Under the pieces are notes generated by a model, which saw only the letters and a list, made by a program, of their open reading frames with translations, searched no databases and was not told where the DNA came from. Shown piece after piece: positions 34,466 to 44,192 of a stretch of DNA of 53,433 nt. Every line of letters starts with the position of its first letter. Within the stretch, counting starts at the first letter, position 1. A program made the translations under genes and the position numbers. The DNA comes from Basidiobolus meristosporus CBS 931.73 (taxonomy: Eukaryota; Fungi; Basidiobolomycota): positions 1 to 53,433 of the forward strand of contig MCFE01000608.1 in assembly GCA_002104905.1 (NCBI GenBank). Direction: 5' to 3'.

Positions 34466-35153
34466 GGCGCCTTCCCTGAATGTCAAGACTGCGGTAGTCA
34501 TAAGCATACGTACTTGCCACCTCGCAGTACAAACCAAAGCGTGAATGTGGTAGTCGGTGGCTGAGCTCTTAACTCGACGTTGCTCTCCAGTTGCGGCAGG
34601 GTAAAGTCAGCGGTATATAAGACCATGTGTCTAGTAAGAAAGCGAGATACATTTGGCTTAGCAACACTACCAATGACCCGCAATACCAACGGACAACACC
34701 TTCCAGGAGATGATAGGACTACCGTAAGTAGCACTTGGCTCAGAGGTGGAACAAAGATACCAAAAGGTGTGCATATTAAGCTCATAGGGCAAAGCACCAT
34801 CCAGGAAAGCTACACTGACACTAATGAAGAGCCATGCCCCATTGAAAGTGACCATAATGACCTTAGAGTCTATCGACGGTAATTTTTAAGCCCAAGGGTT
34901 ACTGCCCATTAGTAAACAATTACAAAAGTTCTTACTAGTGCAGACAGTTATTGCAGAAGCTGAGACAATTTTGAATGTTGTTAGGGACACCATTGACCAG
35001 GTAGTCCTCATTATTCACACTGTGTAGCCTTGGTACGAAGAGACAATGTAGCAAACGGTGTGGCACCCAGGTTAAATCAATCTAGCTCGCACAAAGCTAT
35101 AAGCGAAGCCTAATTGAGTGGGTATGAGAAGGTTATAAATCGGGAAAATTTGC

Positions 35154-35703
35154 ATGAGACTCCGCCAGCCAGTCATACAGCTTTCCTTCCTCTTGCTAGT
35201 TTCCGCCATCGCTTCATTACAGCATCTCCGCTACCCCACTCGGTGACTCACAGATAGCCTACTCCAATGAGCCATGTATCGAACAACTGGGTGCTTATTA
35301 TCAGAACACTTCGGCCCCCAGCCAAGAATACCAGCCGTCAATTGAGGATGGGGATGATTCGGAGATGACTGAGCCAATGCAAACAAGCGAGACTTCGGGT
35401 GAACAGCCAGGATTCTCTGGGTTGCAAGGGTTCGATATTTCCAATGTTCAACCATCCCACACCTTGTTAGACAGCATCAATGGCCATTCTTCCAGTAAAG
35501 CCAACGCCGTGTCCAGCTCAAACCAGTTCGACCAGACGCAAGTCATTGATCAAACCCTCTATCAGTCCAAGCAGCAACAGCCACAAATTATCACCACTCA
35601 GCCAACAGCGCGTGCACTTAGAGGGGGGTACAAGAAGTATAAGAGATCGGTTCGTCGTCACTTCAAAATCAGATATTTCAGTGGAAACAGACATCAAGTT
35701 TAG
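35154..35703 (+). pseudogene. Paralog of the cationic-tail precursor, frameshifted in the signal peptide
   Basis: caagcaatc becomes cagcatc (two AA-to-A losses). Downstream frame is open through RALRGGYKKYKRSVRRHFKIRYFSGNRHQV. The shift could be an assembly error. Confidence 0.65.
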
Positions 35704-36063
35704 TAAATGTAAATTTACGAAATAAAATGAGTAACATACTACTGGCTATACTGATGATATACAAGTACTCAAGCATTTGCTGGTGTGTACATATGGGAAT
35801 AGCGTACCTTATCATTGTACATATTATTTGCACTGAAGAGAATTATGGGCAGCGGTGATAGAACCCTAGAGATAAACTGAGGCTGGCATTCCAGTGCATG
35901 TGTTTTATAGGTTACAGGTTTCCTCAAATAATGTCCATAACAGAATGTAAAACATGCCTAATCTAACAAAACTTACTTTATGCCCTCGGGCTAACCTTGC
36001 TATAAGCTTCTCATGCTATATAGCGGCCTATGCAACTAACCTTTTTCTCACCTATTCTTCAGC

Positions 36064-36444
36064 ATGCGCTCTACTACCATAGCAGTGATTCTAGGCCTTG
36101 CCGCGAATCAAGTTACCGTTGCTGCCCCAATCGGCTGTTCTTCTCAATGCACTCGCGAGTATAGAAAGATTCATTATCGCAGTTTACCATGTGCACAGTA
36201 TGATTGCTGCCAAAACGGTCGAGTTTTACCTGTCGTTAAGACGTCGAATGTCCAATCCCTATCATTGTGCCAGGTTTTCCCCGCCATGATCAGAAAGCAC
36301 GATACCCTGAACATTGCCAATGCCAACAGCAATAAAGGCTTCAACGTCAAGTATCAAGCAGGACCCAGTCTCGAACTGGAGGGTGGGGCCAACGCATCTG
36401 AATATGCCAAGCAAAAGGGAGCGGAACACTCGGACGATAGTTGA
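36064..36444 (+). CDS. Secreted protein gene 2 (126 aa, Cys-containing N-terminus)
   Basis: MRSTTIAVILGLAANQVTVAA signal-like start; open frame; C-terminus shorter than the 22512 copy because of the flanking deletion. Confidence 0.6.
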   Translation: MRSTTIAVILGLAANQVTVAAPIGCSSQCTREYRKIHYRSLPCAQYDCCQNGRVLPVVKTSNVQSLSLCQVFPAMIRKHDTLNIANANSNKGFNVKYQAGPSLELEGGANASEYAKQKGAEHSDDS

Positions 36445-36609
36445 TCTGCATCGTGGTCATCCAGCCTACAACTGACAGTGCTACACGTTTGATCTCGGTA
36501 TTACAAATATTCGAGATTGTCAGACTGCTCGGTGGCTATTAGGATTGTGATTTTTCCTCTTTTGGTTGCTGCAATCATTTTTGTGCAAGCTTTAGCAACA
36601 TAGAAAAAG

Positions 36610-36691
36610 TGATGAGGGTGGGGTTCGAACCCACGCCTCCGAAGAGACTGCGACCTGAACGCAGCGCCTTAGACCACTCGGCCACCTCACC
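36610..36691 (-). tRNA. tRNA-Leu(CAG), identical to 23427-23508
   Basis: Same 82-nt cloverleaf, with a CTTTTT terminator. Confidence 0.97.
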
Positions 36692-36931
36692 AGCTCATTC
36701 ATGTGTTATGAAAGTCTGAATCCCGACCAGAACAGGCAGCAAGTTGTCGCATATAGAGATGCGTCAACACCAAAAATCATCAAAGATGATCAAAGACTGA
36801 TGGGCTAAAGTAAGACAAGTTGTATGCAAATGATCGAGAAATGTATAAAAAGTAGATCCTACGCTAAAATAAAGGACAGACCTTGTTACACCAAACAGAA
36901 GGACGGGAACTGGCCTGGATTTCATAACATT

Positions 36932-36942
36932 TGGTAGCAGCG
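36932..36942 (+). promoter_or_regulatory. Primer-binding site complementary to the initiator tRNA-Met 3' end
   Basis: TGGTAGCAGCG 2 bp downstream of the LTR's CA; TGGTAGC is the established iMet PBS of Ty1/Ty3. Confidence 0.8.
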
Positions 36943-36974
36943 AAACAACAAATAATCCTCCAAACTACAAGAAA

Positions 36975-37790
36975 ATGAGTACTAGCAAGAGTACTAAAGG
37001 AAGCAGCCCTGGTGAAGACATTAATGCATTGCTGCGAGAGCAATTACAAGAATTGAAAGAAGAGAACCAGTGGCTAAAAGCACAGTATAGTGCACAGGAA
37101 GAGTTGCCTACTAAAGAAGATATTCTGAAGGCATATGGAAGTTTGGAATCTGGTCATGCAAAGTTAGCAAAGCCTGATACATTCGACGGGATGTCAAATG
37201 TGGATTTTTTTTTTGGTCAAATGTGGATTCTTGGATTTTTGAGGTTGAAAAATACCTAAAATTCACAAACGTTAGTAAGATGCAAATGGTTGATTATGCA
37301 TCAAGTCTGTTCAGGGGACAGGCGCTATTGTGGTGGAGGTCTCACATGAAGAGGGTCCAAGAAGGACTTGAAGTTGAAATTGAAAAGTGGAACCAGTTTA
37401 AGCAAGAATTGAAGGCAGAATTCAAGCTTGTGACAGCAACTAAACATGCTAGAGATAAACTGGCACAGCTAGTCCAGAAGGGAACAGTTAGCAGCTATAC
37501 CAATGAATTCAAAAGTATCCTATTAGAAATTGATGGAATATCGGAAGATGAAATACTGGATCGATATGTACGTGGACTCCAAAAGTCCACCAGGAAAGAA
37601 GTGGAGCTTCGAGATCCAAGCTCATTCAAAGAGGCCCACAGGATTGCAGAAAGATATGACCAGATTATGTTTGATAATGTACACAGCACAAAAAAAGAAT
37701 CACATGAAGCTGACAAGAAGTCTACACCAAAGAAAAAAGATGAGTATTGCATCAAACATAACTTGTGCTTTAAATGCAATAACATTTATG
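36975..37790 (+). pseudogene. gag interrupted by a 22-nt insertion (14-bp duplication plus poly-T)
   Basis: gtcaaatgtggatt is repeated around the T-run at ~37205; removing the insert joins ORFs 36975 and 37223 in frame. Confidence 0.8.
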
Positions 37791-37803
37791 TTCATAACAT
37801 TCA

Positions 37804-38029
37804 TGTTATGAAATCCAGGCCAGTTCCCGTCCTTCTGTTTGGTGTAACAAGGTCTGTCCTTTATTTTAGCGTAGGATCTACTTTTTATACATTTCTCGAT
37901 CATTTGCATACAACTTGTCTTACTTTAGCCCATCAGTCTTTGATCATCTTTGATGATTTTTGGTGTTGACGCATCTCTATATGCGACAACTTGCTGCCTG
38001 TTCTGGTCGGGATTCAGACTTTCATAACA
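37804..38029 (-). mobile_element. Solo LTR-B, inverted, TSD TTCA
   Basis: Reverse complement of 36704-36929; TTCA at 37800-37803 and 38030-38033. Confidence 0.9.
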
Positions 38030-38033
38030 TTCA

Positions 38034-38285
38034 TGTCACAAAGTAAGGAGTTGATAAATGGTAAGTGACACTGGCGCATGCAAAGACGACTCAGTAGCCC
38101 AGTAAAGAAGATAAATTGCATATACTCACAATACGGTATAAATACGAGCTAAATAATCGAATAAAACGGTTAGTTTGTTAGAAATGAGAAGAGCGGTAGA
38201 AATGGTTATTATCTTGAATATATTTCTACACGTCACCAGCCTAATATTTTAAAAGATATTCTCATACTACCCCGTTGAATCCACT
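38034..38285. mobile_element. LTR E/D-family copy
   Basis: Starts TGTCACAAAGTAAGGAG and matches 24633-24727 and LTR-D; 3' end degraded. Confidence 0.75.
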
Positions 38286-38852
38286 GCTGTTAGTTATGAT
38301 ATGATCAATGCACAAATCTAGGAGATATTGCTTGGTAATGAATGCAACCTGAGAAAAGTGCTACTTTATACCGGATAAACTAGACTGTTTTCACTTTCGG
38401 AACGTGATCTAACTCATTTATGTTTGTGCCAATTTTGGGAATCTGGCCCACCAAATTCCTGGGTTCTTCCTAAACGTGATTAGTATCAACAGCAAGCCCA
38501 CATATCCTAGCACCTATTGTGGTAGTTGAATTCACAGCTTTAAAATTCTTTAAATCTAGTCATCCTAAACTTGCTTTACTCCAACTCAATCATCAAGCTT
38601 TCTCCTACCCTCCCTCTATTCATCACTACTGCTACAAAGGCAAAGTTACCGTATATTGTCAAGACTTTTGAAAGCAATCCTTGGAACTATGCTCAACATA
38701 TAATGCTGACTTGGATACCAGACAGTTGTGGGAACTAAGAAGGTCGGCCGGGACTACACATAAACGAATATAAAGTCCAAAGTGGAGTGTCCATTCAAGA
38801 AACACTTTACAACAAAATGCTTCACAAATACGTGATTTAGCTGTTTCTCCAC

Positions 38853-38957
38853 ATGCGCTTTACTACCGTAGCAGTGACTCTAGGCCTTGCCATGAATCAA
38901 GTTGCCGTTGCTGCCCCAATCGGCTGTTCTCCATCAAAACCCATTTTGTTGTACTAA
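38853..38957 (+). pseudogene. Signal-peptide fragment of secreted gene 2 (34 aa)
   Basis: MRFTTVAVTLGLAMNQVAVAAPIGCS, followed by an early stop. Confidence 0.6.
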
Positions 38958-39186
38958 AGGCACTTTTTGGCTCTAGAGTAACCTCCACAAAGGAGCATAC
39001 CGATATATCCGAAATTGGTATTCTCCCCTCCCCCAACCTAGGTAGGTACCCACACATAGCTATATATTACTATATTTTCCCCTATGACACAATAGGTGGA
39101 AAATTAATATCATACAAAATAGCATTCCAACTATTAAGCAATTTTATTAATGGGTTATTTAGATTATAAATACATTACTCTATGTG

Positions 39187-40419
39187 TTACTGACAATTGT
39201 TGTTACCGCTACCGTTACCGGCTCCATTACCATTTCTAGAGCCGTTCCCACCATTTCCCGAGTCATAAGCACCAACACTGTTGCCACCGCTGCCATTGCT
39301 ATCTCCATTACCTCCGTTGCCGTTACCGCCGTTTTCTTTTCCTCCATTTCCAGAGCCATAGGCACTGGCTTCGTTGCCATTGTTTCCATTACCATCTCCA
39401 TTGACTCCGTTGCCGTTACTGCCGTTTCCGCTTCCTCCATTTCCAGAGTCATAAATACCAGCTCCGTTCCCTCCATTCCCGTTGCTACCGTTGCTACCGT
39501 TGCTACTGCCGCTATTTCCATCTCCGTTGTCTCCATTTCCCGAGTCATAGGCACCAGCTCCGTTACCGCCAATTCCATTGCCATCTCCATTGCCTCCATT
39601 GCCGTTACCGCCGTTACCATTACCACCGTTTCCGGAGTCATAAGCACCGGTTCCATTTCCGTCGTTGCCACTGCCATTGCCATCTCCATTGCCTCCATTA
39701 CTGTTACCGCCGTTTCCGTTTCCACCATTTCCAGAATCATAAGCTCCGGCCCCATCGCCACCGTTACCATTGCCGCCATTATCACCGTTTCCAGAGCCAT
39801 AGGCATTACCACCGTTGCCAGCGTTTCCATTACCTCCATTGCCATTGCCACCGTCTCCAGAGTCATAGGCATCAGCTCCGTTACCGCCATTTCCATTGCC
39901 ATCTCCATTGCCTCCATTACCGTTACCGTTACCATTACCACCCTTTCCAGAGTCATAGGCGCCAGCTCCATTTCCTCCATTTCCATTGCCACCGCTACCA
40001 TCACCATTTCCTCCGTTACCGTTGCCATTACCACCATTTCCAGAGTCATAGGCACCAGGTCCGTTTTCTCCATTTCCATTACCACCATTACCATCCCCAT
40101 TGCCTCCGTTACCGTCACCATTACCACCGTTTCCGGAGTCATAAGCACCAGTTCCATTTCCGTCGTTGCCACTACCATTGCCTCCATTTCCGTTGCCATT
40201 ACCGCCATTTCTAGGGCTATAGGCACCAGCTCCGTTTCCTCCATTGCCATTACCACCGTTTCCGTTGGAATCACCATTTCCACTATTACCTCCGCCAAAT
40301 ACATCCGTCACATCGTAAGCCCCACCGCTTCTGGCTTGCAATCTTCTATCGAAAGCTGCGGCATTGATCGCTGCCAAACCAGAGAGGAGGCACAAGATTC
40401 TAGGTGCGGAGAATTTCAT
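39187..40419 (-). CDS. Secreted Gly/Asn-rich repeat protein with 13 Tyr-centred (GAYDSG-type) repeats, 410 aa
   Basis: Signal peptide MKFSAPRILCLLSGLAAINAAA, then an RR/AR basic site and GNG repeats; TATAAAT ~60 bp upstream on the minus strand. Confidence 0.85.
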   Translation of the reverse strand: MKFSAPRILCLLSGLAAINAAAFDRRLQARSGGAYDVTDVFGGGNSGNGDSNGNGGNGNGGNGAGAYSPRNGGNGNGNGGNGSGNDGNGTGAYDSGNGGNGDGNGGNGDGNGGNGNGENGPGAYDSGNGGNGNGNGGNGDGSGGNGNGGNGAGAYDSGKGGNGNGNGNGGNGDGNGNGGNGADAYDSGDGGNGNGGNGNAGNGGNAYGSGNGDNGGNGNGGDGAGAYDSGNGGNGNGGNSNGGNGDGNGSGNDGNGTGAYDSGNGGNGNGGNGNGGNGDGNGIGGNGAGAYDSGNGDNGDGNSGSSNGSNGSNGNGGNGAGIYDSGNGGSGNGSNGNGVNGDGNGNNGNEASAYGSGNGGKENGGNGNGGNGDSNGSGGNSVGAYDSGNGGNGSRNGNGAGNGSGNNNCQ

Positions 40420-41076
40420 TCTATTATAAAAAGAGATAAAGTGCTTAGTGGATGACTTGATTCCTCTCTCTGAAGCTTCTATTTATACCAGCTCACTGCT
40501 TTCCTCTTATGGACGAGTGAAATATGGGGTATTTTACATGCAAACGGATGCCCCCTCACGATCCTGCTATGTCTCATCCAGCCAAAGTACAGTTCAATGT
40601 TCACTATCTGCATCAAACTGGATTTAACCTAAAATGACGGTTGGTCGACCGCCCCCTTCCTTGCAGATTGTGTAAGCGGAACCTTTTTCCCCGTATCCCC
40701 ATTGCGTCCTTTAACTTATGTCTGGTTAGTGGCACATCATATCAAGAAAGGGATATATTTTACAGGAATATTACTGACTAGTCAGGAGGATTAGAAGTAA
40801 GGAGCCAAATACCAGGCATACCACACTGGTAGTAGGTTGGTATCTATTCAATCAAGTTGCTGTTAGTATTGGAGGATTTAATGTCGGAAAAGAAATATCG
40901 GATTTTTATGCGCAATGCATTTATACTCTTTATGCATATACCATTCTTCTGGCGCTGAAGATGAAGGAATGTGGAGCATAGATTACTGCGTGCAATGGCA
41001 TTGAATACCTTAAGTCTTACCATCAGATAGCTAACAACGTTGAAAGGTCGAGAAGTACAATTATCAAGATCAACTC

Positions 41077-41300
41077 GTAGTGCTTACCAAGCTCGTACGC
41101 ATAGCGCTCGATGGTCTCGACGTGGTTGGACTTCTTGGCAATAGCATAGCAGGTCTTCTTGACAGTATCAGTTGGAATAACCATGCTATCTTCGAAGTCA
41201 CTTTAAAGGAGTACCAGGCAAGTAAGCTTGACAATGCAACTGTACTGGGCAGTGTGGCGGATAGCTTTGGTGACTCTGACCTTAGGCTTGACACTTGAAC
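41077..41300 (-). pseudogene. UOX: Urate oxidase (uricase) 5' fragment 1
   Basis: KPKVRVTKAIRH...VKLTCLVLL*SDFE..SMVIPTDTVKKTCYAIAKK...IERYAYELGKHY matches the uricase VR..K...VVPTDT.KNT.Y..AK pattern; in-frame stop and a deletion. Confidence 0.8.
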
Positions 41301-41499
41301 TCAACTGCTACAGACATATTATAAGATTGTAGACTACTACTACTGTCTACGACCCAGTACTCCTTTATATATGGTTAGATGTATTTACTTCCACCCGGAT
41401 TGGTAGGATAAGTGTGAACAAAGGCCGAGAATCGCTTGTGAATCCATTCCGACTATCACCAGTCCATACCGAGTATCAGCCAAGCTCACATTCACAAAA

Positions 41500-41660
41500 T
41501 AGTCAGCACTTCCAGCGCTTACTTCAAGAAACAAGCCTATGGCAAGACCAAGGTTCGCATCACCAAGGTCATCCTCCACACCAAAAACTGCCACGATGTT
41601 GTTGAGTTCACTGCCCAGGTTCTCCTTGATGGCAAGTTCGAGACCTCCTATACCGTGGCT
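41500..41660 (+). pseudogene. UOX: Urate oxidase (uricase) 5' fragment 2
   Basis: AYFKKQAYGKTKVRITKV...HDVVEFTAQVLLDGKFETSYT is the uricase N-terminus (YGK..VR..KV...LL.G.FETSYT); truncated and followed by repeat DNA. Confidence 0.8.
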
Positions 41661-41859
41661 CCTCCAGATCAACACCTGCTGAGTCCTTTCATCTTGGGCT
41701 CAATTACTCTACCACTTACAACTATAGTATGCTTTTTGTGGTTCATATTTAGAGATTGGATTGTTTTCCTTGTAGAGAATCTCTATATCTGGTGTCTGGT
41801 CCTTAGTAATGCAAGCTACATTGCATTGCAACTATATTATCTCCATACTACTTCACTGT

Positions 41860-42540
41860 AAGTGTGGTAAGAGTATTAGAGATATTGAAAGTGATTGAGT
41901 AGACTAGTAGATTCATTTGTTGTAAGAGTCTTGGAGATATTGAAAGTGATTGGGAGAACCAGTAGATTATGTGGTTTTCACTTAATGATTTATCAAATGT
42001 AAAAGTAGTATTTATACTTTTACATGGTCTTGGCATAAGAAACACGTAGAATAGGTTTAGGAAGGTCCCAAGAACATGTGTGCAAAGCTTGGGGCTGTTT
42101 GGACAACTCTGAGTATTTTCATGTTCTGGGTAATATTCCAAGTAAATCCCAACAAAGAATTTGGTCAGTATTCTCTAAGATTTGTAGGTAATGATAAAAG
42201 TGACTAAATTAGGTGAATATTTTGGTGGAATTCCAAATTTTTATAACATAATTGGCCTTCACCTAATGACTTGTTATTTGTAAAAGTAGCATTTATACTT
42301 TCAAATGGTCTTGGAAACAGAACATATGGAATATGATTGTAGAGGTGTAAAGAAAGTGTGTGTAAAGCTTGGGGTAGTTTGGATACCTTAATAATCTTTC
42401 ATGTTTTGAGTACCTGATGGTATGGCAAAATATTCTAAGTCCCAATAAGGAATTTGTACAGAATTCTCTAAGACTGGTAGACTATGATCTAAGTGACAAG
42501 GTAAGGTGAATATTTAGGTGTATCTACAAAATATGCGGTT
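41860..42540 (+). repeat. Tandem subunits of the dispersed AT-rich repeat family
   Basis: Two or more subunits, plus a ~55-bp tandem duplication at the start. Confidence 0.7.
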
Positions 42541-44192
42541 GTAAGTGGGTTCACTTCTTCAAATTTGGGTCTAAATTTGAACACAAAAGAACCATTGCTG
42601 GATACATCTTCCTTTACTCTAATTGAGCACTATCTTGTAACTCATGAAAGCCATGTACCATAGCATATTCTACAGTACATGGCTACCTGTGAGGTTTTTT
42701 TCTGGTAAGTCTTCTCGGCTGTTATAGGATTTGGACTGTTCTTGGTTGCCAGCTTTGATTGCTGAAGACTGTAGCTTTTGTCTTGCACTTCTCTGTCACT
42801 GACTAGGTCAGACTTTCTATCCTTCTTGATCTTTGCCACTGATAGAATCTTCACTACTACCCTGACTGAGTGCTTCTTCTATTGAACTACATTTATCCCT
42901 TGATCAATGCTTATTGTTCAGCATCTTGAGCACTGATTACAAATCATTTCTTCTTTTCAACTTACATACCAGCTGCTGTCAGCTCTACACTCTGGTATGG
43001 AAGCTACAGCAACAGCACTAGCTTTTTCACTTCACTTATAAAAAAGATTTCACCTATTGGTAATTGTCTCCCCGTGAACCCTGAGAATTGGTACACTCTG
43101 ACAGAGTGCATAATTGTCGAAATAAACATTTCATTCAAAGGTATATGCAAACCACTTACTGTCACCATATATATGCACAGCTTTCTTTGGTAGAAAGTCA
43201 ACTTGCAAATCACATGGCTAAATACCAGCTGCACTGCCAAAATCCAGCAAGTATACCAACAGAATTTCGAATAAGGGAAGTATAAGACATTGCGCACTCT
43301 TGTGTAATCATCATCTCATAATGTCAGCCTTAATGTGAATGCTGATAAATAGAATATTCCATCGTTCGGAACATAAAGTGCATGACCTCCTCAATTAACC
43401 ACCAAGGGTGTGCAAATCTCGTGCAAACCGGATCTTTTAGAGCATTTTGTATAATATATTTACATGTTGTATTCAGAGGGTTCGTATATTCGGGTATATA
43501 TCAATCCTGAAAGACAAATTGTACCAGAGTTGGAGTGTAAGCAAAGGTATGTTTTTTGGTCGCATCAGCTATAGTTGGTTGCGCAGAGTCCTGAAGTACA
43601 TTGTGGAGGCTGTAGACTTCGATATACTTCTGACAAGATTCGACTCACCAGCTACACTACCTATTAGAAAGGGTTGACGGTGTGCAGTAGTCAAGATTTA
43701 TACATCAAGGTTTATACGCTACCTTACTCTAGGTAACTTCAAAGCCCTGGTAGTGGCTATTCCAGAAAAAAATGATAGGTAACGGTATCAAGGGCTTGGA
43801 TTGGTTCAACCAAGGTAATGCTATCAATACCTACAAACTCTGGCCATTTTATGCCACTTTTTGAACATTCATCACGTAGGGTTAGGGTTGGATTGGGTGA
43901 TTAAAGTTTGAAGAAATTTGGTGCATGAGCAAATCCAGTAATTTTGTTCGATCGTTTATGTTTGTATTTCATTTCTGGTCAGGGTTGTGGTGAGCGAAAA
44001 AAAACCTATTCACACGACAATATTATCCAGATCAAGGTGCAAGCGTGACTTGTGGCAAGGAAAGGCTTATAGTCAAACCGGATATATGCCGTGAATTTCA
44101 TACAACTTGGTGAATTGTGGAGAAACAAGGTTTTCCAGCTATAAAATGGCTCGGCTAAGGACTCAGTTTCCACAGCTTAGTATCACTCGAGG

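Larger units (their letters stand above)
34565..36701 (+). repeat. Segmental duplication, copy B
   Basis: Colinear with 21075-23517, but lacks the equivalent of ~22893-23300. Confidence 0.9.
36704..37799 (+). mobile_element. Truncated Ty3/gypsy element of family B: 5' LTR (36704-36929), PBS, gag
   Basis: The LTR is followed after 2 bp by TGGTAGCAGCG, then a retrotransposon gag (KPDTFDG..NVDSWIFEVEKY...ALLWW...RDKLAQLVQKGTVSSYTNEF) ending at a broken CFKC knuckle; no pol. Confidence 0.9.

Noticed and set aside
37205-37214. Poly-T run as a programmed ribosomal frameshift in gag
   Set aside because: It lies within a 14-bp duplication in the middle of gag, and removing the insert restores the frame, so it is a lesion rather than a recoding signal.
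39180-40455. Two additional long ORFs (423 aa on +, 374 aa on -) over the Gly/Asn gene
   Set aside because: GGN/AAY repeats cannot generate stops in these frames. Only the 410-aa frame has a signal peptide, an ATG and a TATA box.
44076-44092. CGG-N7-CCG upstream of the purine permease as a UaY/Ppr1 site
   Set aside because: UaY/Ppr1 sites are CGG-N6-CCG; the spacing does not fit.
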